The notes under the pieces were generated by a model. That model was not told where the DNA came from and searched no databases. It saw only the letters and a list, made by a program, of their open reading frames with translations. This document shows positions 49,634 to 59,638 of a stretch of 64,000 nucleotides of DNA, piece by piece (the stretch's first letter is position 1; each line of letters begins with the position of its first letter). Source of the DNA: Patescibacteria group bacterium (lineage in GTDB: Bacteria > Patescibacteriota > Patescibacteriia > JBAZBY01). The position numbers and the translations under genes were made by a program. The stretch lies in contig JBAZBY010000001.1 in NCBI GenBank assembly GCA_041671225.1, forward strand, positions 238,940 to 302,939. The letters run 5' to 3'.

Positions 49634-50622
49634 AAGAAAGAAAATATCCCGTCCCCGCGTCGGCACAAAAACTGATCGATCGCATTGTTGCCCGTGAAAA
49701 TCTTACTATCATACAGGTTTTTCGTACCGGTCCTCGTTTTTACGTAGCCGAAGTGCTTTACAATAAAAAGCGCGCCCTTCTTAAGGTATGTATCCATACG
49801 AAATCGGATGACTACTGGACGAATCTCAAGTTTGGAAAGGAAGTGCTTTTTCTCCAATATCTTAAAAAATCCAAACACCCCGGCAGCCGCTCACTTGCTC
49901 CGCATATTTATGCTGGAGGAACTGGTTCACGTTCATGGTACATCCGCGAATATATAACCGGAACGCAATACAATATCCGGCAAGGCAATATACGTTTTAG
50001 GGATACGTTCTTCACAACAAAAAACAGAAAAGATATTGTCGCCTCTTTTCAGGACTTGCAAAGCATTCGGTCATCGCACCTTCCACAAACATTCAGGAAG
50101 CTGCTTGGTCGCTACGATACCATTGAGCAGGAAGAAAAATTACTCGCGCCGTATTGGGCGCGTATTGCCGGCTTCATTCACGACCCAAAAGCAAAGCGGG
50201 ATCTCCCGCGAATGCTTGCCGAACAAAGTGTTGTGTATGACCATACGCCAAGCGTTCTCTCCCACCAAGAGCCCTATGCGAGTCACTTTATTCGTACGGG
50301 CAACAAACTGCGTCTTATTGATTGGGAAAATATTAACTGGACAAACCCGGTTCATGATCTCTCAAAACTCTGGATGCGGGCAGCAAAACATCCCCGTTGG
50401 CAAGAAGCAATAAAAAAGGATGCACAACGAATCACAAAGCCGCTTCTTGGTGACCATTTTGATGCGGTGTGGGAAACATCGCTCCTAATAAAAAGCCTGT
50501 TCAATGTGGTTAGCTTCCCGTATTATAAAGACCAGGCGGACTTTCGCCCGCTTCACGCAGTTTCACAGCGCATGATAAAAGAACGGCTTCATGTGTGGCG
50601 TCATAAGCGTGCATCCTCATGA
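49630..50622 (+). CDS. phosphotransferase-family (APH/choline-kinase-like) kinase
   Basis: Brenner-like HQEPYASHFI catalytic loop and LIDWEN (DxE/N metal-binding) motif. Confidence 0.5.
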   Translation: MKERKYPVPASAQKLIDRIVARENLTIIQVFRTGPRFYVAEVLYNKKRALLKVCIHTKSDDYWTNLKFGKEVLFLQYLKKSKHPGSRSLAPHIYAGGTGSRSWYIREYITGTQYNIRQGNIRFRDTFFTTKNRKDIVASFQDLQSIRSSHLPQTFRKLLGRYDTIEQEEKLLAPYWARIAGFIHDPKAKRDLPRMLAEQSVVYDHTPSVLSHQEPYASHFIRTGNKLRLIDWENINWTNPVHDLSKLWMRAAKHPRWQEAIKKDAQRITKPLLGDHFDAVWETSLLIKSLFNVVSFPYYKDQADFRPLHAVSQRMIKERLHVWRHKRASS

Positions 50623-52091
50623 ATAAACCAAATATACTCTTTGTCAGTGCAGAACTTACGCCGGTCGCAAAGGTCGGCGGTCTTGCTGATGTTGCCGCGG
50701 CACTCCCAAAAGCACTCAACCGCACTGGACTTGCTGATGCGCGTCTTGTACTTCCATTCTACGATGTTATCCGTGAAACGGATCCGGCCGTTACCGTCGT
50801 ACTAGAGGATCTTGTTGTCCCTACGCCACAAAAAAAAGAGCATGTGCGCGTTCTGCTCGCGGATATTGCCGGAAATAACGTGTATCTTCTGGATCATGAA
50901 CGTTTTGCGCACGGCGGCGTGTATATGCAGAAGGAGCAAAAACAAGACCCTTTTGCAGAGACAAGTCGTTTTGTCTTCTTTTCTCAAGTCATTACGCGCC
51001 TTATGATGACGCTTCCGGACTTTATGCCTGATGTACTCCACTGTCATGACTGGCACACGGGCCTTGTGCCGGCGCTCGCAAAACACTCGCTTGGCGACAA
51101 CTGCCCGGCTACGGTCTTTACGATTCATAATCTTGCAATGCAAGGACGATGGAACCGCGAGGAACTCCTTGCAGCGCTTGGACTTGAGGTGGATGCGATA
51201 GAAACCTTCTCCCGCACTGACACGCACGGTAATCTCTCCATTATTGAACAGGGCATTTTGAATGCCGATATCGTGAACACCGTCAGTAAAACCTACGCAA
51301 AAGAAATTCTCACCGAAGAATACGGCGCTGGTTTAGAAAAAACACTGCAAGAACGAAAAAGTGACCTCTACGGAATAGTCAATGGTATTGATGTTGAACA
51401 CTTTAATCCAGCATCAGACACTGCCCTCGCTGCAATGTATACAGCGGATAATGTAACGACAGAAAAACTGAAAAACAAAGTGGCGTTGCAGAAAGAATTG
51501 GGCCTCACAGAAAACCCATCGATACCGCTCTTTGGATTTGTGAGTCGCCTCACGGATCAAAAAGGAATGGAACTCATTCTTAAAGCGCTTCCCCCGCTTC
51601 TTGAAGCCGGGAGAACGCAGTTGGTTATTCTCGGAACAGGGGACCCGACAATTGAAGCGGCAACGACTGCGCTAGGAAAAAAATACTCGAGTGCCGCCGG
51701 TATTAAGATCATGTTTGATGCAGCGCTTGCGCAGCGCGTCTATGCGGGATCTGATTTCTTCCTTATGCCATCAAAATTTGAGCCTTGCGGCCTTGGGCAA
51801 CAAATCGCGCTCCGCTATGGTGCGGTGCCTATCGCTCGTTCAACAGGTGGCTTGGTAGACACCGTTCCAGATTACACAGAAAATAGCACACTGGGAGTTG
51901 GTTTTCGTTTTGATGCATTCACAAGTGAAGCCCTTACAGAGGCTCTTGAAAGGGCAATAGCGCTCTTTACGGAATGGCCTGAGGTATTCCATGAGCTGCA
52001 AAAACGCGGCATGAAGCAGGACCTTTCTTGGAACCGTTCTGCACCGGAATATGCTACACTATATGCGAAAGCACTAACCAAACGGGGGTAA
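50619..52091 (+). CDS. glgA: glycogen/starch synthase (GT5), copy 2
   Basis: SAELTPVAKVGGLADV, HCHDWHTG, EPCGLGQQ. Diverged from copy 1. Confidence 0.85.
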   Translation: MNKPNILFVSAELTPVAKVGGLADVAAALPKALNRTGLADARLVLPFYDVIRETDPAVTVVLEDLVVPTPQKKEHVRVLLADIAGNNVYLLDHERFAHGGVYMQKEQKQDPFAETSRFVFFSQVITRLMMTLPDFMPDVLHCHDWHTGLVPALAKHSLGDNCPATVFTIHNLAMQGRWNREELLAALGLEVDAIETFSRTDTHGNLSIIEQGILNADIVNTVSKTYAKEILTEEYGAGLEKTLQERKSDLYGIVNGIDVEHFNPASDTALAAMYTADNVTTEKLKNKVALQKELGLTENPSIPLFGFVSRLTDQKGMELILKALPPLLEAGRTQLVILGTGDPTIEAATTALGKKYSSAAGIKIMFDAALAQRVYAGSDFFLMPSKFEPCGLGQQIALRYGAVPIARSTGGLVDTVPDYTENSTLGVGFRFDAFTSEALTEALERAIALFTEWPEVFHELQKRGMKQDLSWNRSAPEYATLYAKALTKRG

Positions 52092-53086
52092 TGGCTAAAA
52101 AACTTACACATTCAGAAATCCGGCAGAGTTACGTACACAACCGGATGGTCATTATTGCGCCAAAGCGTGGCGCGCGGCCCCATAACCTCGCAGACAAACC
52201 AGAAAAACCTGCGCCACAACTCCCTCGAGACGCGAAGGATCCTTTTTCTCCTGAAAATCTTAAGAATGTTAAGGCTCTCCTGACGCTTAAGGGACCCGTA
52301 AAGCCGTGGACGGTGAAAGTGATCAAAAACATCTTCCCCGCAGTGTCATTAGACAATGATGATGCATATGGCACGCAGGAAGTGGTGGTTGAAACACCGG
52401 ATAACTATGTAGACCTTGAAGAGCTCTCCGTTGAGCATATCGATACTGTTCTTGAAGCATACCAAAAACGCACCAAGGTGCTTGCTCAAAATAATCGCCT
52501 CCAATATATACTCATCTTTAAAAATGAAGGTGGACGGGCCGGATCATCCATAGAGCACTCACACTCACAAATTTTTTCATCTGGTTTTGTCCCGCCGCAT
52601 GTATTAGAAAAACTTCGTCGGGCAGAGGAATACAAAATCCACCACGGCATCTCATATTACATGGACCTGCTTAAGCGTGAAAAAAACGGTCCGCGTTGGG
52701 TCATGGAAGAAGATGGCATTGCCGCACTGACGCCATACGCTTCGTACTACAATTATGAAGTCTGGATCATGCCGACGCGTCCGGTGGACAACATTACCCA
52801 GCTCACCAATAAGGAACGTAGGGCAATGGCCAATATCATTAAAAAACTTTTGCATAAAATTGACGGGCTGGGACTACCATATAACTTCTACCTCCACCAG
52901 GTTGTAAAATACGACCAAGAGCATTTGTACATCCGTCTTGCGCCCCGCAAGGCGATATGGGCCGGCGTGGAACTTGGCACGCGACTTATTATCAACAGTG
53001 TCCCCCCTGAAGAAGCTGCCGCATTCTACCGCGAAACACCAAAGAAAAACCGTCTCACAAAAAAGCAACCAAAACACAGCCGTTGA
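52091..53086 (+). CDS. galactose-1-phosphate uridylyltransferase-family (HIT-like, GalT/ADP-glucose phosphorylase-like) protein
   Basis: HSHSQIF HxHxQ active-site motif and GalT-type Zn/Fe ligands. TAATG overlap with glgA. RBS AACGGGGG. Confidence 0.68.
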   Translation: MAKKLTHSEIRQSYVHNRMVIIAPKRGARPHNLADKPEKPAPQLPRDAKDPFSPENLKNVKALLTLKGPVKPWTVKVIKNIFPAVSLDNDDAYGTQEVVVETPDNYVDLEELSVEHIDTVLEAYQKRTKVLAQNNRLQYILIFKNEGGRAGSSIEHSHSQIFSSGFVPPHVLEKLRRAEEYKIHHGISYYMDLLKREKNGPRWVMEEDGIAALTPYASYYNYEVWIMPTRPVDNITQLTNKERRAMANIIKKLLHKIDGLGLPYNFYLHQVVKYDQEHLYIRLAPRKAIWAGVELGTRLIINSVPPEEAAAFYRETPKKNRLTKKQPKHSR

Positions 53087-53222
53087 CGCCTTGAACCCTG
53101 AGCGCTATCCTGTGTGAGGGGAAAAAGAATCACTACTAGGAACAAGCTGTGGGGAAGACGAATCACAACATCTTGAATCTGTCTCATAGACCGCGCCCGG
53201 CGTTCACCGTCGGGTATTTTGT

Positions 53223-54164
53223 ATGACAAAACCCGCAACCACATCGCGTTTTCTCGGAAGAAGCATCATCTCTATGCGCAATCTTGATGCCAAGGATATT
53301 GGCATCGTCTTGAAGCACTCAAAGGCGATGATACAAGGAAAACACAAAGGTCTCTTTGAGGGGAAAATCCTCGGAAGTATGTTCTTTGAACCCTCGACAC
53401 GCACAAGGCTTTCATTTGAATCGGCAATGGAACGGCTCGGGGGAAAGGTCATTACTGCCGCAGAAGCAGGTGTAACATCTTCAACAAAAGGAGAGACGCT
53501 TTCGGACAGTATCAAGGTTATTTCACGTTACTGCGATATCATCGCCATGCGTCATCCATATGAAGGTGCAGCGCGTCTTGCCGCTGATGCTGCAAAAATT
53601 CCGATCCTTAATGGTGGGGATGGAGCAAATCAACACCCGACGCAAACATTACTCGATCTCTTTTCAATTCAAGAAACACAAAAAAAGATTGACGGTCTTT
53701 CCATCGCAATGGTTGGAGATCTTAAATATGGCCGTACCATACACTCACTTGCGCAAGGACTCTCCCTGTTTAAAGTGCGAATGTTCTTTGTTGCTCCGGA
53801 TATACTGCAAATGCCGAAAGAATTGCTTGCGGAACTGAAAGCCAAAGGGGTGCGCTATTCATTACACGAAAAATTAGAACCCATCATCCCAAAGGTGGAT
53901 ATCCTTTACGATACCCGCATCCAAAAAGAACGTTTCCCGGATCCGCTCGAATACGAAAAAGTGAAGAATATCTATCAGATTGTGCCGGAGATGCTCGCCC
54001 GCGCAAAAAAGAATATGCGCCTTATGCACCCGCTGCCACGCGTTACAGAAATACACCCAAGTGTTGATGCAACGCCGTACGCATATTACTTTCAGCAGGC
54101 TGAAAATGGCGTGTATGTGCGTCAAGCACTCATTGCCCTTACTCTTGGCTTACTACCGTCATGA
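53223..54164 (+). CDS. pyrB: aspartate carbamoyltransferase catalytic subunit
   Basis: STRTRLSFE, HPTQ, MHPLP motifs. Followed by pyrI. Confidence 0.85.
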   Translation: MTKPATTSRFLGRSIISMRNLDAKDIGIVLKHSKAMIQGKHKGLFEGKILGSMFFEPSTRTRLSFESAMERLGGKVITAAEAGVTSSTKGETLSDSIKVISRYCDIIAMRHPYEGAARLAADAAKIPILNGGDGANQHPTQTLLDLFSIQETQKKIDGLSIAMVGDLKYGRTIHSLAQGLSLFKVRMFFVAPDILQMPKELLAELKAKGVRYSLHEKLEPIIPKVDILYDTRIQKERFPDPLEYEKVKNIYQIVPEMLARAKKNMRLMHPLPRVTEIHPSVDATPYAYYFQQAENGVYVRQALIALTLGLLPS

Positions 54165-54610
54165 AAGCCTATAAAGTCTACGCCCTCAAAGACGGAACCG
54201 TCATCGACCACATTCCGCGATGGAAGGGCATGATTATCCTTGAGCTGCTTGGATTCAACGAACAAAAACAATTCGTCACACTTGGTATTGGCCTCAAGAG
54301 CAAGCGCGCCGGGTGGAAAGATGTGGTGAAGATTGAACACCGCGAAATCTCAGCCGAGGACGCACAAAAAATCGCGCTCATCGCTCCGGAGGCAACGCTG
54401 AATATCATTCGCAACCATGTTGTTCACAAAAAGATACAACTCAGCGTACCCGATGAAGTAAACGATATCGTTGAATGCAAGAATCCAAAATGCATCACAA
54501 ACAACGAGCTGGTAGCAACGCGTTTCCTAAAAATCGCTGACAAGCCGCTTGCGCTGCGCTGCTACTACTGCGAACGCGTCTTCACTGATAACGATATTAC
54601 TCTCCGCTAA
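54161..54610 (+). CDS. pyrI: aspartate carbamoyltransferase regulatory subunit
   Basis: C-terminal Zn domain CKNPKC...CYYCE. Confidence 0.85.
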   Translation: MKAYKVYALKDGTVIDHIPRWKGMIILELLGFNEQKQFVTLGIGLKSKRAGWKDVVKIEHREISAEDAQKIALIAPEATLNIIRNHVVHKKIQLSVPDEVNDIVECKNPKCITNNELVATRFLKIADKPLALRCYYCERVFTDNDITLR

Positions 54611-54611
54611 C

Positions 54612-55532
54612 ATGGCAAAGCTTTCCTGTGAGATCAGTGGCATTGCCCTCCGCAACCCCCTGATTCTCGCATCAGGTATTCTGGGGGTCACAAAAGCCTC
54701 ACTTGGTTTTGTGGTGCGCAATGGTGCGGGAGCGGTAACGATCAAATCCATCAGCTACGAAGAACGCGAAGGGCATCCTGGGCCAAACATGATCATGTAT
54801 GAAGGGGGGATGATAAACGCAGTCGGGTATTCAAACCCCGGCGTTCTCAATGCTGCAAAAGAATTCACCGATCTCTCTTCTGTTGGCGCACCTGTCATTG
54901 CGAGCATTATCGGGACGGAAGCTGATGATTTTGTGCGTGTGGCAGAACAACTTTTGCCTGGTGATTTTGCCGCTGTTGAATTGCCGCTTTCCTGCCCACA
55001 CACTCCGGGATATGGCACCATGGCAGGCCAGCAAACACCCGAGGCAACGAGCAAGATCACCAAGGCGGTCAAAGCAGTCACCGACCTGCCGATATGGGTC
55101 AAGCTTTCCCCGATGTCGGAATCCATTGGGGAAGTTGCGAAGGCCGCTGAAGATGCGGGGGCATCCGCGCTCACCGCGGTAAACACCATGGGGCCTGGGA
55201 TGATCATTGATCCGGCAACATGCAAGCCCGTCATGGGTTTTGGCAGGGGTGGGGTTTCTGGGGCTGCCCTGCGACCCATCGCGATACAAACTGTTTTTGA
55301 TGTCTATCGTGCAGTAAAGATCCCGATTGTTGGTACGGGAGGTGTTGAGACGGGACGGCACGCCATAGAGATGCTCCTCGCAGGCGCAAGCGCTTTGGGA
55401 GTAGGAACAGCCGTGCTGACGCGTGGCGTGGACGCATTCCAAAAAATTGCAGATGAACTTTCTGAGCTTATGGATGAATACGGATACACATCAATAAAGG
55501 ATATTATTGGAAAAGCACATGAAGCGGTATGA
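54612..55532 (+). CDS. pyrD: dihydroorotate dehydrogenase, class 1B catalytic subunit
   Basis: NPLILASG, NAVGYSNPG, SCPHTPG motifs; IPIVGTGG FMN-binding region. Confidence 0.85.
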   Translation: MAKLSCEISGIALRNPLILASGILGVTKASLGFVVRNGAGAVTIKSISYEEREGHPGPNMIMYEGGMINAVGYSNPGVLNAAKEFTDLSSVGAPVIASIIGTEADDFVRVAEQLLPGDFAAVELPLSCPHTPGYGTMAGQQTPEATSKITKAVKAVTDLPIWVKLSPMSESIGEVAKAAEDAGASALTAVNTMGPGMIIDPATCKPVMGFGRGGVSGAALRPIAIQTVFDVYRAVKIPIVGTGGVETGRHAIEMLLAGASALGVGTAVLTRGVDAFQKIADELSELMDEYGYTSIKDIIGKAHEAV

Positions 55533-56319
55533 CCAACCAAAAACCCTAAAGATCGCGGAGATACGTGATGAAGGTCGCAATCTCAAAACATTCTTTTTTG
55601 CGCACCCTATTGAATCACAACCGGGGCAATTCATTATGCTTTGGATTCCGGGAGTAAACCTAAAGCCGTTTGGCGTTGCATATCATGAACCAGAGCGATT
55701 TGGCATAACCGTTTCAATGGTCGGACCTACCACAGAGGCGCTTTTCAAAAAAAAGAAAGGAGACTGGCTGGGATTCACGGGGCCATATGGAACTTCCTTT
55801 CAGCCAAATAATGCACAGCATCTCGTTTTGGTTGGGGGTGGGTATGGGGCGGCAATACTCGCGCCGCTTGCGGATAAGGCAGCAGCTGAAGGCGCTACTG
55901 TTGATTTTATCGTTGGTGCGCATGAAGGAGACCGTATTCTCTATGAACAACGATATGCAAAGTCTTCGGTGAACTTTTATGTAACCACCAACGATGGGAG
56001 TCGCGGTGAAAAGGGACGCGCCACGAACATATTGGAACGCCTGGTGGATGCGGGAGGCGTCGACTACATCACTACATGTGGTCCAGAGCGCATGCTCCAC
56101 GCAATAGCAACATTTGCAGAAGAAAAAAACATTCGTTGCGAGGTAAGCGTTGAACGCTATATGAAGTGCGGCTTTGGAGTATGCGGTGCTTGCGCGCTTG
56201 ATGGAACAGGAGAACGCGTTTGTGTCGAAGGGACGGTCTTCCCCGCAAAACGCGCTTTGGCGTTTTCAGAATTCGGGCAATACCATCGCGCAAGATCGGG
56301 CAAAAAAATAGGCCTCTAA
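55507..56319 (+). CDS. pyrK: dihydroorotate dehydrogenase electron-transfer subunit
   Basis: FAD/NAD-binding ferredoxin-reductase fold with a C-terminal CGFGVCGACA 2Fe-2S cluster motif. Confidence 0.75.
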   Translation: MEKHMKRYDQPKTLKIAEIRDEGRNLKTFFFAHPIESQPGQFIMLWIPGVNLKPFGVAYHEPERFGITVSMVGPTTEALFKKKKGDWLGFTGPYGTSFQPNNAQHLVLVGGGYGAAILAPLADKAAAEGATVDFIVGAHEGDRILYEQRYAKSSVNFYVTTNDGSRGEKGRATNILERLVDAGGVDYITTCGPERMLHAIATFAEEKNIRCEVSVERYMKCGFGVCGACALDGTGERVCVEGTVFPAKRALAFSEFGQYHRARSGKKIGL

Positions 56320-56321
56320 TA

Positions 56322-57602
56322 ATGATCATCTCCGGCGCAACACACTGGAAGACAGGCATGCAGGTTGATCTTTTTATTCATGACGGCCGCATTGTAGAAA
56401 AACAAACCAACAACACAACCGAGGAAACACTCGATGCGCGGGGCTTGATTGCCTTTCCTGGGTTCATCGACGCACATGTACACTTGCGAGAACCCGGCAA
56501 TAGTGAAAAGGAAACTTGGACAACCGGTACGCGCGCGGCTGCGCGGGGTGGCTACACCGCTGTCTTTGATATGCCAAACACAAATCCTCCGCTTACCAGC
56601 AAAACACTCCTGGAAGAAAAACGTATTCTATCGCGGCACTCCCTGGTGAACTACGGCCTTCACTTTGCACTCACTGCCGAAAATCTCAGTGAACTGGAGC
56701 GCATAAAACCGCGCTCAGTGAAAATCTTCCTTGGCAGATCAACCGGCAACCTCTTTGTGGATGATGCATTATTGCAAAAAGCGTTCGAACGCCTCCCAGG
56801 GACGCTTTTTCTCTTCCATGCTGAAGCAGAAGCCTGCCTAAAGCGCTTTGAGGGGCAGTACGCGGGCGCTGACGACCCGGCAATACATTCTGCCATCCGA
56901 GACCGCTCATGCGCGCTTGAGGCCATAGAGCGCGTGCTAGAGCTCCTACGCAAACACCCACGTCCTGTCTATTTTTGTCATATCTCCACCAAAGAAGAGG
57001 TGGCGCTCATAAAAAAAGCGAAGGCTGACGGCTTACCGGTGTATGCTGAAGTCACCCCGCATCATGTATTTCTGGACGAAAGTGCCTATGCGACGCTGGG
57101 AACCCTCGCAAAGGTGAACCCTCCACTCCGCACCGCAGAGGATCGTGCGGCATTACTTGAGGCAATAAACGACGGCACTATTGATGTGCTTGGAACAGAC
57201 CATGCACCGCATCTTCTTCAGGAAAAAAAGCTGCCATACCCAGAAGCGCCTGCCGGCATGCCGGGGTTAGAAACCGCAGCAGCACTGCTTTTTCATGCGG
57301 CAAAGAATGATTTGATCACCCACGAAATTATTGGTCGGATTATGAGTGCCCGCCCCGCAGAAATACTTGGCTTACGGCAAAAGGGTGACATATCCGTGGG
57401 GAAGGATGCCGACATCACGCTCGTTGACCCGTCACTCTCTCAACGTGTTTGCCATGAGGATCTGCAAACAAAATGCCGCTGGAGCCCGTGGCATGGCATA
57501 ACGCTCACTGGTTGGCCGGTAACGACTATCGTGGCCGGTGTCATCGTTTTTCACAAAGGAACATTTTATCCACATCAAGGAAAGGAGCTTTACTATGCAT
57601 GA
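56322..57602 (+). CDS. pyrC: dihydroorotase (multifunctional-complex type)
   Basis: PGFIDAHVHLREPG metal-binding His pair, ...DHAPH... Start at the ATG overlapping the pyrK stop (TAATAATG). Confidence 0.8.
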   Translation: MIISGATHWKTGMQVDLFIHDGRIVEKQTNNTTEETLDARGLIAFPGFIDAHVHLREPGNSEKETWTTGTRAAARGGYTAVFDMPNTNPPLTSKTLLEEKRILSRHSLVNYGLHFALTAENLSELERIKPRSVKIFLGRSTGNLFVDDALLQKAFERLPGTLFLFHAEAEACLKRFEGQYAGADDPAIHSAIRDRSCALEAIERVLELLRKHPRPVYFCHISTKEEVALIKKAKADGLPVYAEVTPHHVFLDESAYATLGTLAKVNPPLRTAEDRAALLEAINDGTIDVLGTDHAPHLLQEKKLPYPEAPAGMPGLETAAALLFHAAKNDLITHEIIGRIMSARPAEILGLRQKGDISVGKDADITLVDPSLSQRVCHEDLQTKCRWSPWHGITLTGWPVTTIVAGVIVFHKGTFYPHQGKELYYA

Positions 57603-58251
57603 ATACCAAAAGCAATTCATCAATTTTCTCGTAGAAAGTGATGCGCTCCAATTTGGAGAGTTCACGCTCAAGAGTGGCCGCGTTTCACCATACTTTATCA
57701 ACACGGGAAAGTTTGATACCGGCAAAACGATCGGCAAGCTTGGATACTTCTACGCCGCCGCTATCAATGAACAATGCGGCAGCGAGGTGGACGCGATCTT
57801 TGGGCCAGCATACAAAGGCATACCACTCGCGGTTGCTGCGGCAACTGCGTTACACGCAAATTTTGAACAGAACGTCGGCTATGTTTTTGACCGCAAAGAG
57901 ACGAAAGAGCACGGCGACAAAGGCGCGACAGTCGGTTACGCATTGCAGGATGGCAGTCGCGTCGTAATTGTTGATGATGTCTTCACAACAGGCGCCACAA
58001 AAGAAGAAGCGGTGATGCTTCTTAAGGGTGTTGCACGGGTAGAAATCAAAGCCTTAGTCATTGCGGTGGACCGCAAAGAGCGGGGCAAAAATGGTGAAAA
58101 CGCTATTGCGGAGTTTGCATCTGCCTTTGGCATACCGGTCATCTCAATTGTAACCATTCATGACATTGTGGAGCATCTCAAGGATCATGTCGTTGATGAT
58201 TCCACTGCTCAAAAAATAACTGCCTACCTTTCAGAGCACGGTATAACATAA
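57595..58251 (+). CDS. pyrE: orotate phosphoribosyltransferase
   Basis: PRPP-binding VVIVDDVFTTGAT. RBS AAGGAAAGGAG. Confidence 0.8.
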   Translation: MHEYQKQFINFLVESDALQFGEFTLKSGRVSPYFINTGKFDTGKTIGKLGYFYAAAINEQCGSEVDAIFGPAYKGIPLAVAAATALHANFEQNVGYVFDRKETKEHGDKGATVGYALQDGSRVVIVDDVFTTGATKEEAVMLLKGVARVEIKALVIAVDRKERGKNGENAIAEFASAFGIPVISIVTIHDIVEHLKDHVVDDSTAQKITAYLSEHGIT

Positions 58252-58257
58252 TATCGT

Positions 58258-59049
58258 ATGACGTACACGCAAAAAGCAGAAAAAACAATGAACCCCGCGG
58301 CAAAAAAGCTGCTGTTGCTCATGGAAGAAAAACGAACGAATCTCTGTGTTGCGGCAGACATGACAACACGTGCAGAGTTGCTTACCCTCGCAGAAGCCGT
58401 GGGTCCGTATATTGTTATGCTCAAAACACACATAGATATTATCGAAGATTTCTCGTCAGATCTCCTGGTGCACCTTCGCACACTCGCAAAACAACATCAC
58501 TTCATGCTCTTTGAGGATAGGAAGTTTGCGGACATCGGAAACACGCTCAAACTGCAATATGCAAAAGGCGTCCACCGCATTGTTGAGTGGGCGGACTTTG
58601 TGAATGCACATGCCCTCCCTGGGCCTGGTGTGATCGAAGCACTCAAAGAAACCGCAGCAGCATCCGGAGAAGAGCGCGGCTTAATTCTTCTCGCCCAGAT
58701 GACGCCCAAAGGGAATCTCTTCACCGAGGAATACACAAAACAAACCGTGGAATTCGCTGCGGCATACCCGGATTTTGTCATCGGATTCATTGCCAACGGG
58801 GGAGATGTTACAAAACTTGCGCAACTTGCGGCAATCGCATCGCCAGAACACATCCTTTTCGCTCCAGGGGTGAAGATTGGTGGAGGGGGCGACCGTTTGG
58901 GTCAGCAATACACCACGCCCGCAGACGTCATTGCTGCAGGAGCGGACATTATTATTTCTGGCCGAGGCGTCTACACATCAAAAAACCCCGCACAAGCCGC
59001 GCGTGAATATCGCGAAGCTGGGTGGAACGCATATCATGCACGCACATGA
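58258..59049 (+). CDS. pyrF: orotidine-5'-phosphate decarboxylase
   Basis: Motifs ...CVAADM...LKTH..., FEDRKFADIGNT, and a C-terminal GRG loop. Confidence 0.8.
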   Translation: MTYTQKAEKTMNPAAKKLLLLMEEKRTNLCVAADMTTRAELLTLAEAVGPYIVMLKTHIDIIEDFSSDLLVHLRTLAKQHHFMLFEDRKFADIGNTLKLQYAKGVHRIVEWADFVNAHALPGPGVIEALKETAAASGEERGLILLAQMTPKGNLFTEEYTKQTVEFAAAYPDFVIGFIANGGDVTKLAQLAAIASPEHILFAPGVKIGGGGDRLGQQYTTPADVIAAGADIIISGRGVYTSKNPAQAAREYREAGWNAYHART

Positions 59050-59615
59050 GTACCCTAAAAAACATTGAAGTAGAGCTAATGTTTCCACTCAACGATGTGA
59101 ACATCCTTCAAGAAAAACTCGATGCTATTGCGAAAAAAGAGAAACACAATGAATACCAAAAAGATACATACTACAACCCACCTCATCGGAACTTCTTGGA
59201 TGAAAACCCAGTGAACGAGTGGCTGCGCATACGAGAAACAAAAAAGGGTGTGTCAATCAATTATAAAAACTTTCACGCCGCAGTCGGAGAAAAAGTGATT
59301 TCATGTGATGAATATGAAACCAGTGTTGGGGATGCCGAGTCGCTAAAAAAGATTTTCCTGTCTCTCGCCTTCAAAGAATTAATCGTTGTTGAAAAATCCA
59401 GGAGCACATGGCTCTATAAAAAAACAGAAATAGCAATTGACCATGTCACTGGTCTTTATGACACAATCGAACTTGAGGCAAAGGGACAGTTTTCTTCAAT
59501 TGAAGATGCCAAGAAGCATTTATATGCTGTCCTCGCTGAACTTGGAGCACGTGTTGGTGAACAAGATTATAAAGGTTACCCCTACCTTCTCCTCGAAAAA
59601 AAGAGGCTTTTATAA
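59046..59615 (+). CDS. CYTH-domain protein (class IV adenylate cyclase/triphosphatase-like)
   Basis: N-terminal IEVELMF (ExExK-like) start of the CYTH triphosphate tunnel fold. Overlaps the pyrF stop. Confidence 0.55.
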   Translation: MSTLKNIEVELMFPLNDVNILQEKLDAIAKKEKHNEYQKDTYYNPPHRNFLDENPVNEWLRIRETKKGVSINYKNFHAAVGEKVISCDEYETSVGDAESLKKIFLSLAFKELIVVEKSRSTWLYKKTEIAIDHVTGLYDTIELEAKGQFSSIEDAKKHLYAVLAELGARVGEQDYKGYPYLLLEKKRLL

Positions 59616-59638
59616 ATACATCATTTATTCCCATTCAA

